Assembly: GCA_964230865.1 (NCBI GenBank)
Contig: CAXRJK010000128.1
Coordinates: 1-44,346 of the forward strand
Length of the DNA stretch: 44,346 bases
Source of the DNA: Winogradskyella sp.
GTDB lineage: Bacteria; Fidelibacterota; Marinisomatia; Marinisomatales; AB-629-J13
Direction: 5' to 3'
The translations under genes were made by a program, and so were the position numbers. Each line of letters begins with the position of its first letter. Position 1 is the first letter of the stretch. Shown one piece after another: positions 19,739 to 28,694 of the stretch. A model generated the notes under the pieces. The model was given only the letters and a program-made list of their open reading frames with translations. It was not told where the DNA came from and searched no databases.

Positions 19739-21886
19739 TTATTTAATAACTAAAAATTTTCCTTCTTTAATCTTTCCATAAGAATTGCTTTGAGAATCTA
19801 AATTTTCTACTGTAAAAAGGTAGAGCCCCGATGCAATCGCTTGATCATTTTGGGTAATCAAATCCCAAGCGTGCTGACCTCCACTTAACACGGGATTTTG
19901 ATTTGAATTTATATTTCTTACATCTCCACCTATATAATCTTGGTCATGAAATAGGATATCTATTGGATCACCGGAAAGAGTGAAAATCCGAATCTCGGCT
20001 TTCTGTGGAAGACCCTGAAACCATATCATCCTTTCACGGCTTCCATAATCATCCCACTTTGCCTGTCCACGGTAGGGGTTTGGATAGACTGTGGGTTGCC
20101 ATGTCGATTCTTCACTTTGTGACTGAATCCCAGGATATACATAAACTCGATTTCCATATTTTGAGCTTTCAAGTGAACCGAGATTTGCTGCAGGATCTCC
20201 CCGATCAAATGCTGTAACGGAATAATAGTTTAGCCATCCATTTTTTACTCCCTCATTCACAAATTTATAATGATAGTAATTTCCATCAATTAAAATACTA
20301 TCAGGATCTCCAAACTCATTAACAATTTTTACAGGTTCAAACCCTGTATTATAGCCAATTTCTAATGATTCTTCATCTGCCCTATCAAACTCAGCTAACA
20401 AAGAAAATTCTTCGGTATCGTCTCCAACAGTTCTCTTTGCTCCATATATCCGATAGCCCTCAAAATCTTGTTCTCTACTAATTGGATCAATGAATGGTTC
20501 TGAGTTCTTCTGCCAGAAAATAGTCACCTTTTGGTCTCCTACTTCCACTGCCATATTTGGAATTGGTGGGGGCTCAGGAAGAATATAGCGATCTATTTCT
20601 CCGTTATTGTTTAAATCTTCACCTTCATCTAGAATATTGTTTCTGTTTTTATCCTCTCCATCATAAGCTCTCTGTGCCCAGTCTGCATTCACTATAAGAT
20701 TTGACCTTCTTTCCGGAGAGTCAGAGCCAGAGCCCTTCCACAGCCCACACACAACTGCAAATGCGATTGTACAGGATTCACCGGGGGGTAGGACTGATGT
20801 GGAATCCTCTCTTATTTGACTGCCGAATGGTCCAGCAGACAACATGAATAGCCAACTGTTCGTTTTGGAAGGGTAACCATCTGAATTATATAAATCTGAA
20901 TCGCTACCTTTTGGGACACTTGAACTTAAAAGCTCATATCTATCATCATCATTCAATGCCATAGAGTAATTAGGATAATCTTGATTATTTGAATTAGTCC
21001 AGACCCATTGATTATAATAGGAATTAATAATAGGTCGGGATATTGTACTGCCCAATAATGAAATCCCTATGTAAGACTCTGCCCAACCGTCATCACCATC
21101 TGCATCATACTGGTAAGCGATATCCCTTGAGAATCCAGATTCATCTAAAGATTCATCAAAGCCATCCAAATTATCGTACCAGGTAAATCCACTTCCTGGT
21201 TCGTATTTATTGGTATAGTTCATATTGGCTACGGAAGCGTCTGTCCAAATTCCAGCATATAGATCATCAATTGTCTCAGTGGAGTGGTTTGTTATTGTAT
21301 AATTCAAAATAACAAAAGCATCAGCAAACGAAAAATTCCAGGCATAGGTTTCCAGATGAACAGAAATTCCCAGTGGAGTGTGATCGGTAATATTATTATC
21401 ATCTTCGGTTGTTGAGCCATAATCTCTAAAATTTGTCATAAAATCCTGATGAGATACAGCGAAAGGGGAATAAAATTGCGCCATAGAATCCTGAGATGTA
21501 GAGCTAATGGAAGACCGAATATCCATACCGGATGTTGCAAAAAACTCAAACCCTACATCTCCTGCTTCAAACACACCGTCCACTATTGAGGTGGACACTC
21601 GTGGAATTCCATTGACTTTACCTCCTATCCATAATCCCGCAAAAGAGAAATGCTCTACTTGGTCACGTTGAATCGAGGTGTGCTGTTTATATTGACAGGA
21701 AGGAAGAATACGCTCATTTATTGGGTTCCAACCATTGCCAAGAACACCAAAGTTAGTAACGGTCATCCCCAACTGTCCAACAGTAGTAACTTTATCAAAA
21801 ATATCTGGTGATAGCTGTGCTCTAGAGTGAGTAATAAGATTAAATGCTAATATCCATATTGTAAAATTGGAAGCACGAATCCTCAT
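19739..21886 (-). CDS. T9SS-sorted secreted protein of unknown function (FN3-like region, Ca-binding-like acidic loop, C-terminal sorting domain)
   Basis: Signal peptide ..HSRA/QLS and an acidic loop DKNRNNILDEGEDLNNNGEIDRY. The C-terminus VYPNPYRGQ...AEIRIFTLSGDPI...GLYLFTVENL...GKFLVIK is T9SS/FlgD-Ig-like. I saw no catalytic motif. Confidence 0.6.
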   Translation of the reverse strand: MRIRASNFTIWILAFNLITHSRAQLSPDIFDKVTTVGQLGMTVTNFGVLGNGWNPINERILPSCQYKQHTSIQRDQVEHFSFAGLWIGGKVNGIPRVSTSIVDGVFEAGDVGFEFFATSGMDIRSSISSTSQDSMAQFYSPFAVSHQDFMTNFRDYGSTTEDDNNITDHTPLGISVHLETYAWNFSFADAFVILNYTITNHSTETIDDLYAGIWTDASVANMNYTNKYEPGSGFTWYDNLDGFDESLDESGFSRDIAYQYDADGDDGWAESYIGISLLGSTISRPIINSYYNQWVWTNSNNQDYPNYSMALNDDDRYELLSSSVPKGSDSDLYNSDGYPSKTNSWLFMLSAGPFGSQIREDSTSVLPPGESCTIAFAVVCGLWKGSGSDSPERRSNLIVNADWAQRAYDGEDKNRNNILDEGEDLNNNGEIDRYILPEPPPIPNMAVEVGDQKVTIFWQKNSEPFIDPISREQDFEGYRIYGAKRTVGDDTEEFSLLAEFDRADEESLEIGYNTGFEPVKIVNEFGDPDSILIDGNYYHYKFVNEGVKNGWLNYYSVTAFDRGDPAANLGSLESSKYGNRVYVYPGIQSQSEESTWQPTVYPNPYRGQAKWDDYGSRERMIWFQGLPQKAEIRIFTLSGDPIDILFHDQDYIGGDVRNINSNQNPVLSGGQHAWDLITQNDQAIASGLYLFTVENLDSQSNSYGKIKEGKFLVIK

Positions 21887-21985
21887 GTTATTTTAATTCT
21901 TTTCAATAGGAACACCTTGGCTTTTTAAACAAGCGTGGTTCGGAATGTAAAAAGGGAATTGATTTATTTCAATACTAAAACAAGA

Positions 21986-22969
21986 TCAGAAAGAAAACTT
22001 CCAAACCACGGGTCTGTGATCTGAGACCAATGCATCATAATCTGTCCACCCATTTGGAAAGTAATCTTCAATTCTAATAGTAGTTACTGTTGAAGCATTA
22101 CCTTCAAATTCATCAAATAGATTATTGGTAATAAGGATATGATCAATATGACTAGGCCACGTGGGATAGGACCAGTGGGCCCAGTGCTGACCATTTTTCC
22201 CACTAATCGCTAATTCCATATCAATAAATTTAAAGTTGCTTGAGTTTTTAATAAAATTTGAAAACACATTGGAGACCTCGGGTTCATGGATATCATCATT
22301 AAAATCCCCTAATATAATGGTATTAGAATCCCAAAAATTGTTCAATACATAATCTTCTAAAAGTAGTGATGCTGCTTGTCTGCGAGCTTCTTCATCATCA
22401 TCATCAGGTATATCCATGATCCCATCCATATCAATATCAATGCTATCAATCTCGTCGTTCCCACAGCATTTTAAATGGTTATTGATGAGGATAATTGAAT
22501 TTTCATTAAAATCGCCTTTAAATATGAAAGGCTCACGCGGAAATGCAGAATTCTCATCGTGATATATTTCAAATACATCCGTGAAATCTATAGTATTAGA
22601 TTTATAGATATATGCCAACCCATAGCTACCACCTAGAGTCTTAACTCCTACCCAATCGTTTTCCCCATCTAGCTGATTGCAACGGTTAACCAAAGCAGTA
22701 AAGTATGATCCAGAGTTAATTTCCTGTAACCCAGCTATATCACAATCTAATTCGACTAGTATTTGAGCAACATATTCGACCGTATTATCTTCTGCTTTGG
22801 GAAAGGTCTCAAGGTTCCAAGTTAATACCTCAAATGTATCATCTGTTCCAAACGATAAACCAGAAAATTGAGAATTTGAAATTGAATTAAGTTTGTCTTC
22901 TGCGCAGGAATAAAACAAAAGAATAAAAAAGACAATTTGAACCTTCCATTGGTTAATCAAATGGAACAA
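21986..22969 (-). CDS. Endonuclease/exonuclease/phosphatase (EEP) family lipoprotein, likely a secreted nuclease
   Basis: Lipobox LFYS/C. The EEP motifs are intact: LTWNLETFP, DIAGLQEI, INNHLKCCG, ILGDFNDD, IDHILIT, VSDHRPVVWKF. The RRQAASLL helix after the HLK motif resembles ExeM/NucH-type EEP domains. An acidic insert reads DIDMDGIMDIPDDDDEE. Confidence 0.75.
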   Translation of the reverse strand: MFHLINQWKVQIVFFILLFYSCAEDKLNSISNSQFSGLSFGTDDTFEVLTWNLETFPKAEDNTVEYVAQILVELDCDIAGLQEINSGSYFTALVNRCNQLDGENDWVGVKTLGGSYGLAYIYKSNTIDFTDVFEIYHDENSAFPREPFIFKGDFNENSIILINNHLKCCGNDEIDSIDIDMDGIMDIPDDDDEEARRQAASLLLEDYVLNNFWDSNTIILGDFNDDIHEPEVSNVFSNFIKNSSNFKFIDMELAISGKNGQHWAHWSYPTWPSHIDHILITNNLFDEFEGNASTVTTIRIEDYFPNGWTDYDALVSDHRPVVWKFSF

Positions 22970-24872
22970 AGCCCAACATCACCGGACGGTGGTCAGAAAT
23001 ATACTTTTCATAAATCGAAAATCCGCCAAGGTAATCTTCAATGAACAAAGTTTCAGCACGATTGATTTTTGATCTTGGAATCATGTGTTTTGAAACAAGA
23101 ATATGATCCAAAAAACTTATATAAGGTTCTTTAGGATATGATGCCTTTGACCTATCATAAACTAGCTCTTGGTTAATAAAATAAAATCGATTGTCATCAA
23201 TAAATGGATGAAAACAATGTTCTGAATCTTTATCCTTTAAGTCATCATTCCAGTCCCCAAGCACTATAAAGTTATTATACCCTGATTCCATTTCCTCATC
23301 TAAATATTTATGAAGCATAAGAGCTGCTTTCTGCCTGCGCTTCAATCCCGAGTCACAACACTTCATATGGAGGTTTATAACCGAAAAGTTCAACACCTCT
23401 TCCCCACATCGGTATTGAAAGTCTCCTCGTAAGGGAGGCCTACCCGCAAAATTATAATCATCCTCGGCAAATATTTCTGACTGATTCACTAGTGTAAACA
23501 TATCTTTTTTATAAATAATGGCCTGATCCATAAAAGATGACTGCTGGGATACAATAAAATCATAATTTGGTAGGCGACTCATAAGACTGCTGAAAAACCC
23601 TGTGAATCGTATTTCCTGAAATGCAATCATATCAGCATCCATTCCATCAATAACACTTGCTAATACTGGAACTGTAGAGTCCGGATGAGCAGGGAAAAAT
23701 TCTGTGTTCCATGTAATTATTTCTATTTCGTCTTGTTTATTTACATTTAAGGTAGGATTAGTGTGAATTAAATTTGAAGTTTTTTCACATTGAGTTGATA
23801 TTTCATAAGGGATCTTCCATTTTGGAGGACCGTAAACTTTTTTCAAAGACCAGTCTAAATGAGACTGAATCCACTTACTCATGTGTGTATCATAGGTAAA
23901 ATCATCTGCCAGAAGTGTTTGCCCTACCCTTCCATCAACAACAGATTCATACCCTATGAAATGATGTGATTTTTCATCAAAGTGTAATTGAATATGCCCA
24001 AACTCAGTACCCCCGCCATAATTTTGAAAAATATACACATGGCTGTGGGGATCGTACCAGGGCGTAGGATACCCCTTACTAACTCCCCCTGAAACGATAA
24101 GATCCACACCTTCAGAAAAATATCCTAACTCCAGGGCATTGTTTATGTTTTCCTGAGATTTTGATTTTACTCTTACTGAATCAAGAAATTCTTTATATAC
24201 CTCTTCTCTATCCCAAGGAACCCCCAAGCTAGTAAGAACGATTATGATATCTGCTCCATTTTTTTTCATTTTGGGGACCCAGTAATCTAAAGTTTCTATT
24301 TCCGATTGAAATGTAAATCCTAATCTGTTTTGTTCTAACACAACCTCGTCCAACTTTTTGGGGACTATCCCTATAATACCAACTTGAACTCCCGATTTTG
24401 GAATTATTGTATAAGGCTTTATATTATCAAAGTTTTTTCTATTTTTTAAATTTGATATAAGAAAAGGAAAATCTGCGAGCTCATTTAGTTTCAATAAATT
24501 ACTTGCCCCCCCTATAAAATCATATCCCCCTGGAACCAGCGCATCGTATTTGATGTGGTTCATCCATTCAATCATTGTCCTTCCGCTGTCTGCAAGTCCA
24601 AAAGGGTGTCCCTGAAAAAAGTTTCCACCCTCTAACAAAAGAACATCCTCATTTGTGGAGCTAACATCCTGCCTTAGTTTTTGGATATAAGAATAGAGAG
24701 CTGAACCATCCAAAATATCTGGAGGATATTCGGGATTCATAAACCATGCTTTTTGACCCACTATTTGACCATGAAGATCATTTGTAGTAATGAGATTGAC
24801 CACTATCTGATCTTCGGAAGCCGAAGCACTTAAAACTACAAAACTACAAAATAAAAAAAAATTATTTTTCAA
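22953..24872 (-). CDS. Fusion protein: degenerate 5'-nucleotidase/metallophosphoesterase-like N-domain plus an intact EEP nuclease-like C-domain
   Basis: The N-domain aligns by eye to UshA but keeps only the first motif (TTNDLHG). The others are changed: GGDxxTG becomes EGGNFFQG, GNHEFD becomes PGGYDF, THMGH becomes LTSLGV, and GGHSQ becomes SGGVSK. The C-domain is intact (ITWNTEFFP, MIAFQEI, NLHMKCC, VLGDWNDD, LDHILVS, ISDHRPVMLGF). Confidence 0.75.
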   Translation of the reverse strand: MKNNFFLFCSFVVLSASASEDQIVVNLITTNDLHGQIVGQKAWFMNPEYPPDILDGSALYSYIQKLRQDVSSTNEDVLLLEGGNFFQGHPFGLADSGRTMIEWMNHIKYDALVPGGYDFIGGASNLLKLNELADFPFLISNLKNRKNFDNIKPYTIIPKSGVQVGIIGIVPKKLDEVVLEQNRLGFTFQSEIETLDYWVPKMKKNGADIIIVLTSLGVPWDREEVYKEFLDSVRVKSKSQENINNALELGYFSEGVDLIVSGGVSKGYPTPWYDPHSHVYIFQNYGGGTEFGHIQLHFDEKSHHFIGYESVVDGRVGQTLLADDFTYDTHMSKWIQSHLDWSLKKVYGPPKWKIPYEISTQCEKTSNLIHTNPTLNVNKQDEIEIITWNTEFFPAHPDSTVPVLASVIDGMDADMIAFQEIRFTGFFSSLMSRLPNYDFIVSQQSSFMDQAIIYKKDMFTLVNQSEIFAEDDYNFAGRPPLRGDFQYRCGEEVLNFSVINLHMKCCDSGLKRRQKAALMLHKYLDEEMESGYNNFIVLGDWNDDLKDKDSEHCFHPFIDDNRFYFINQELVYDRSKASYPKEPYISFLDHILVSKHMIPRSKINRAETLFIEDYLGGFSIYEKYISDHRPVMLGFVPFD

Positions 24873-24880
24873 TTAATAAG

Positions 24881-26206
24881 TCAGATTGTATAGGAAATTG
24901 ACAGCATAAAATTGAATTTAGATTCTGTAACTCTATCAAGAGAGGGACGAACATCATTTTCAACAGGGAAGAGGTCAGGATATTTATATTGTCCGGATTG
25001 AAATCCAAGCCCTACATCAACCTGCAATTCATCAAATGATTTCCCTGTTCCTACAGTAATGGTTGTTTGTGGATCCATTACCTGGAATGGTGATTGATTA
25101 TATACCATCCCAACTCTCACAGGAATTTTATTTGTAGCCATATATTCAATCCCTAGGTGCCATGAATTGGTTTCATTTATTTGAAAAATTTCATCATTCT
25201 TTAAGGCAATTGAATAGCCATCGGTAGTCGTAAAATCAGCCACAACATACACAGGCGTCCTGCCATAGGTAGTATATGAAATTCCAAAAGATTTTCGAGC
25301 CGGTTTTACATAGCTGATTCCAGCTAAATGATAGCTCAATGTATCACCACTAAAAAAACCTGGGAGGCCTGAAGTAACATCCAACAGTGGAGGGTTGTAG
25401 GAGTCAGATTCAATTTTTAGTTCTGTATCTATGGAAAATGAAAAATGAATATTCTTCCATGTATTCAATTCAATGCTATAACTGAGGAATCCACCCTTTG
25501 GAGTAAAAACAATCTCACTAATGGGATTAATAGTTGCTAGGTATCCGTCCATATTTCTCAATGTATCAACCTGAAAAACATCATGGATCGATGATTCTGA
25601 AACCTTATGATATGCTAATCCCCAATTCATTGTAAATTTTTCATCCATCAAATATCTGATTCCTAATCCAATAGAAATTTTATCTAATTGTCCATGTACC
25701 TCATAATAGTGAAACCCTAATAAGGGATCTTTATTCCCAATTATTCCATCATCAAAACTTAAGCTTCCTCTAATCTCCTCCTCATATTTGTATGCGAAAG
25801 ACGTTAGCGGGTCTGAAGAAATAGCAGCTGTTAACCTATATAATCCCATCGTCTTAGATCCAGATATGCCTATCCCTTGGAAAAATCTGTTAGTTTGATT
25901 TACTACATAATCTGATGTGGTAAGATAATCACCAAAAAAATCTTTTAAATCAAACCCTCTACGCTCCAAAATTGAATTTCCACTTAAATGATATTCAAAC
26001 GAAAAGTCAGCGGGGAGCCTCCATAATCCTGCAGGGTTTAGCAGCAGTAATCGAGTGGATCTATCACTGTGTACAGTATTACCCATTCCAAATGAACGGG
26101 CTGAACCAAGATAGGGATTGGACCCTGTGATTCGATTAAAATATGATTGAGAGATTCCCACTGAGACACAAAAGAATAAAACCAGAAGAAAAACTTTTTC
26201 TCTCAT
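24881..26206 (-). CDS. PorV/FadL-like outer-membrane barrel paralogue
   Basis: I prefer the ATG at 26206 (MREKVFLLVLFFCVSVGIS/QSY) over the track start at 26287, which would overlap the upstream gene by 77 bp. The N-terminus PYLGSARSFGMGNTVHSDRSTRLLLLNPAGLW fits the PorV-type pattern. The C-terminus ..MLSISYTI is beta-barrel-like. Confidence 0.55.
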   Translation of the reverse strand: MREKVFLLVLFFCVSVGISQSYFNRITGSNPYLGSARSFGMGNTVHSDRSTRLLLLNPAGLWRLPADFSFEYHLSGNSILERRGFDLKDFFGDYLTTSDYVVNQTNRFFQGIGISGSKTMGLYRLTAAISSDPLTSFAYKYEEEIRGSLSFDDGIIGNKDPLLGFHYYEVHGQLDKISIGLGIRYLMDEKFTMNWGLAYHKVSESSIHDVFQVDTLRNMDGYLATINPISEIVFTPKGGFLSYSIELNTWKNIHFSFSIDTELKIESDSYNPPLLDVTSGLPGFFSGDTLSYHLAGISYVKPARKSFGISYTTYGRTPVYVVADFTTTDGYSIALKNDEIFQINETNSWHLGIEYMATNKIPVRVGMVYNQSPFQVMDPQTTITVGTGKSFDELQVDVGLGFQSGQYKYPDLFPVENDVRPSLDRVTESKFNFMLSISYTI

Positions 26207-26210
26207 TAAT

Positions 26211-28688
26211 CTATATTGCATAGTCAATCTGAAGTCTAAAGTCTGATTCACTTTCATTGACCACCGGTCTAGAGATCCATCTTCCACTATCAGATTTTCC
26301 CGAAGTGATAGATGAATAAGAGTCGTATCCGGTGAAGCTGACTTTTAATTTTATTGTAAAATTATTAACGGGTGAACACTGCCAAGAGACCCAAGAATGC
26401 ATTGCACCATGTTGTGCTGAAAATATTCGAAAATCTGTATCTTCAAAATTCCATAAAAATCCCTGAATGAACAAAACACCACCTTTCAATGTCATTGCAT
26501 CAGAAAAATTATGAGTACCGCTTATGCCAATTGTCTCATCAGGAGAACCAATATCTCCAACCTTCATTTCTGCACCAGAACTTACTGATTCAGTGAGTCT
26601 TGGCCTTGGGGAAAATGTTGTATATCCCCGGGAGTACAATAGCTCTAGCTGATTAAAGCGAGACAACCTGAGACGAAAACGAATTCGTGTTTCTCTGGAA
26701 TCAAAAGGACTTGGGTGAAATATATCAAAAGAGCCACGCTCCTGCCATTTCTGGCGGATGTTAATTCTGTAATTAAATACCGGTCTCCAATCAACAGACA
26801 AAACAGTACGATAGTATTTAGCATCATCTGCTTTTCGTGTCCAGGTATCCCAATTTATATAGCTTACTAATGATCTGTGAAATTGATATCGAGTGAAAAA
26901 ATAAAAACCCTGTTCAGACTGAGGTTGTGGATTTCCTGAGTACAGGAAACTATACACAGGATCTTCCAGCCAATAACCATCTTCAAAAATGGATGTTTTA
27001 AATCTCTGATAGTTTGAAAATGATCTCTGGTAAGGGTTATCAAATTCCAGATCGTAATCACGATACAACACTAAAAAGTTTAAATTATCAAATTGCGCAT
27101 AAAGGCTGGTTACAAATGCATTTGGCACTTCATTAAATTTAAAAAAGTTAGAGCCTTTTGATATTTCGCCGTACTCCCCCTGAATGGACATATTTCCTAA
27201 TACAAAACCATAATCAAAACCCAAAACCCTTCGATAGCTTTGGGCATCTTTCCAGATTGGAGAGGAACCGTTTGATTGATACATTGCTGCAATTTCCGGG
27301 TCTGCAGAGTTAGACATGTAAGAGAGATAAAAAGCATCCCCCGAATACTCGTCATAATCATTGGTATTGGAAGCTAAATCAAAATCAGGTTCATTATCAT
27401 CTGCACCACCGGTAACTGACTGAACAACCTGAGGGGATAGAATCCGATCATATAGACTTTCATACACGGTAATCCCAACATGCAGTCCGACAATCGGCAT
27501 AACTCTTACATTTCCACCCCAAGTCATTTCGGTCACCGATGAAGTAAGCGGAGAAATAATTTTTAGGGAATCATTGTTAGCTCCCATTGGAAGCCTAGGT
27601 TGCATGACAATCAATGATGTAAAAGAACTGTCTCTGTTAATAATTGCATCTCGGGGGGCCTTGGATATAAAAAATGCGGTACGAAACAACGAATTGGAAA
27701 ATTGAACTGCTAAACCATTTAAGATATATTGGCTAGATCTAGTCACATCCGCATTAACTCCATTAGCTTTTTTTGTAAATCCAAATCCTGTTCGTCGTGG
27801 AGTAAAATAATCCCCCGTTTCAAAAACAACTCCCTGTCCAAAAGCTGCAGAAAAGTTTCCTAAAATAAATTTATCTAATCGAATAGCACCCAAATCTATA
27901 TTTTCTACAAGGCCATATATTTTTTTTGTATAAATACCTTTGGGATTCCCCATATTCTGATAATGTGATAATCCCATTTTAATATGGTTACCATATTGTA
28001 AAGATAACTTCTGAAATAGTTCAGGTCGACTTGAGTTTTTGAAAGCTAATATAGTACCTTCATTATCAGGGTTTGTTGTAACGGGTACCGTCCGAATTAA
28101 TTGGGAGTATCGACCATGAAGTTGGGGCTTACTTTCAGTTCGCGACTCAAAATCTACAAAATCAATCAAATTTCTATATCCCCAATAGCTAATTCCTGGA
28201 GCATTCCTTAATTCAAAAGAACCTTTTATTTCTCCTATTCTCTGTTGTTTCATCACTGCTGCGACATCAATGGGACTCAAATTGGGCAAAGCGCTCAGCT
28301 CATCATACGACATTTCATTTATATTCCCCGGTTTGAAAATTCTATCCAACCATATATCTGAAAGACCTTCCTTGCTTCCCTCAGATGCCAACCACTGCTT
28401 GACTTTGTATGAGGATAAATTCTGTTCCCGAATAAAGGATGATTGCTCCCGAGGGAAGATCTCAACTAAAGGTTTTATTTTATTTATATCAATGATTGTA
28501 AGACTTTCAATTTCTAATAAATCATAAATAGTATCAATTCCATTTCTCTGACTTATAAATATTCGTATATCCTCTTTTTGTTTTTCAGATAGAGGTAAAC
28601 TATTTAATTGTTCTCCGTCAGTATTATTTAAATCAATATCTGCCAAAAGTAAAACAGGCAGAAGTAAAATTATTTCAATCCTTTTCAT
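26211..28688 (-). CDS. Large outer-membrane beta-barrel protein with two N-terminal ComEA-like helix-hairpin-helix domains
   Basis: Signal peptide ..LLLA/DID with two HhH units at aa 17-75 and 120-180. The remaining ~640 aa are rich in alternating aromatic/small residues and Y/F/W-ended strands, and end ..FRLQIDYAI. Confidence 0.65.
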   Translation of the reverse strand: MKRIEIILLLPVLLLADIDLNNTDGEQLNSLPLSEKQKEDIRIFISQRNGIDTIYDLLEIESLTIIDINKIKPLVEIFPREQSSFIREQNLSSYKVKQWLASEGSKEGLSDIWLDRIFKPGNINEMSYDELSALPNLSPIDVAAVMKQQRIGEIKGSFELRNAPGISYWGYRNLIDFVDFESRTESKPQLHGRYSQLIRTVPVTTNPDNEGTILAFKNSSRPELFQKLSLQYGNHIKMGLSHYQNMGNPKGIYTKKIYGLVENIDLGAIRLDKFILGNFSAAFGQGVVFETGDYFTPRRTGFGFTKKANGVNADVTRSSQYILNGLAVQFSNSLFRTAFFISKAPRDAIINRDSSFTSLIVMQPRLPMGANNDSLKIISPLTSSVTEMTWGGNVRVMPIVGLHVGITVYESLYDRILSPQVVQSVTGGADDNEPDFDLASNTNDYDEYSGDAFYLSYMSNSADPEIAAMYQSNGSSPIWKDAQSYRRVLGFDYGFVLGNMSIQGEYGEISKGSNFFKFNEVPNAFVTSLYAQFDNLNFLVLYRDYDLEFDNPYQRSFSNYQRFKTSIFEDGYWLEDPVYSFLYSGNPQPQSEQGFYFFTRYQFHRSLVSYINWDTWTRKADDAKYYRTVLSVDWRPVFNYRINIRQKWQERGSFDIFHPSPFDSRETRIRFRLRLSRFNQLELLYSRGYTTFSPRPRLTESVSSGAEMKVGDIGSPDETIGISGTHNFSDAMTLKGGVLFIQGFLWNFEDTDFRIFSAQHGAMHSWVSWQCSPVNNFTIKLKVSFTGYDSYSSITSGKSDSGRWISRPVVNESESDFRLQIDYAI
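28148..28640 (-). other. Two ComEA-type helix-hairpin-helix (HHH_3-like) DNA-binding units within the 825-aa barrel protein
   Basis: The units are IDLNNTDGEQLNSLPLSEKQKEDIRIFISQRNGIDTIYDLLEIESLTIIDINKIKPLV and NINEMSYDELSALPNLSPIDVAAVMKQQRIGEIKGSFELRNAPGISYWGYRNLIDFV. Both follow the ComEA layout: (I/V)N(I/L)N, then xxxL..LP(G/N)(I/L)..., then a short region ending in F/I..DLL..., then G(I) and (L)..(V/I). Confidence 0.6.
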
Positions 28689-28694
28689 AAAATA

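Noticed and set aside
24853-24861. A9 homopolymer in the signal-peptide codons of the fusion nuclease gene (also T9 at 36662-36670 and T8 at 43305-43312) as phase-variation slippage tracts
   Set aside because: Runs of 8-9 A/T are expected by chance in DNA this AT-rich. There is no G/C tract and no alternative-frame ORF suggesting an on/off switch.
26207-26287. Longer 468-aa start (26287) for the barrel gene 24881..
   Set aside because: It would overlap the upstream gene by 77 bp and add a non-signal N-terminus (MEDGSLDRWS...). The ATG at 26206 gives a canonical signal peptide 4 nt after the upstream stop.
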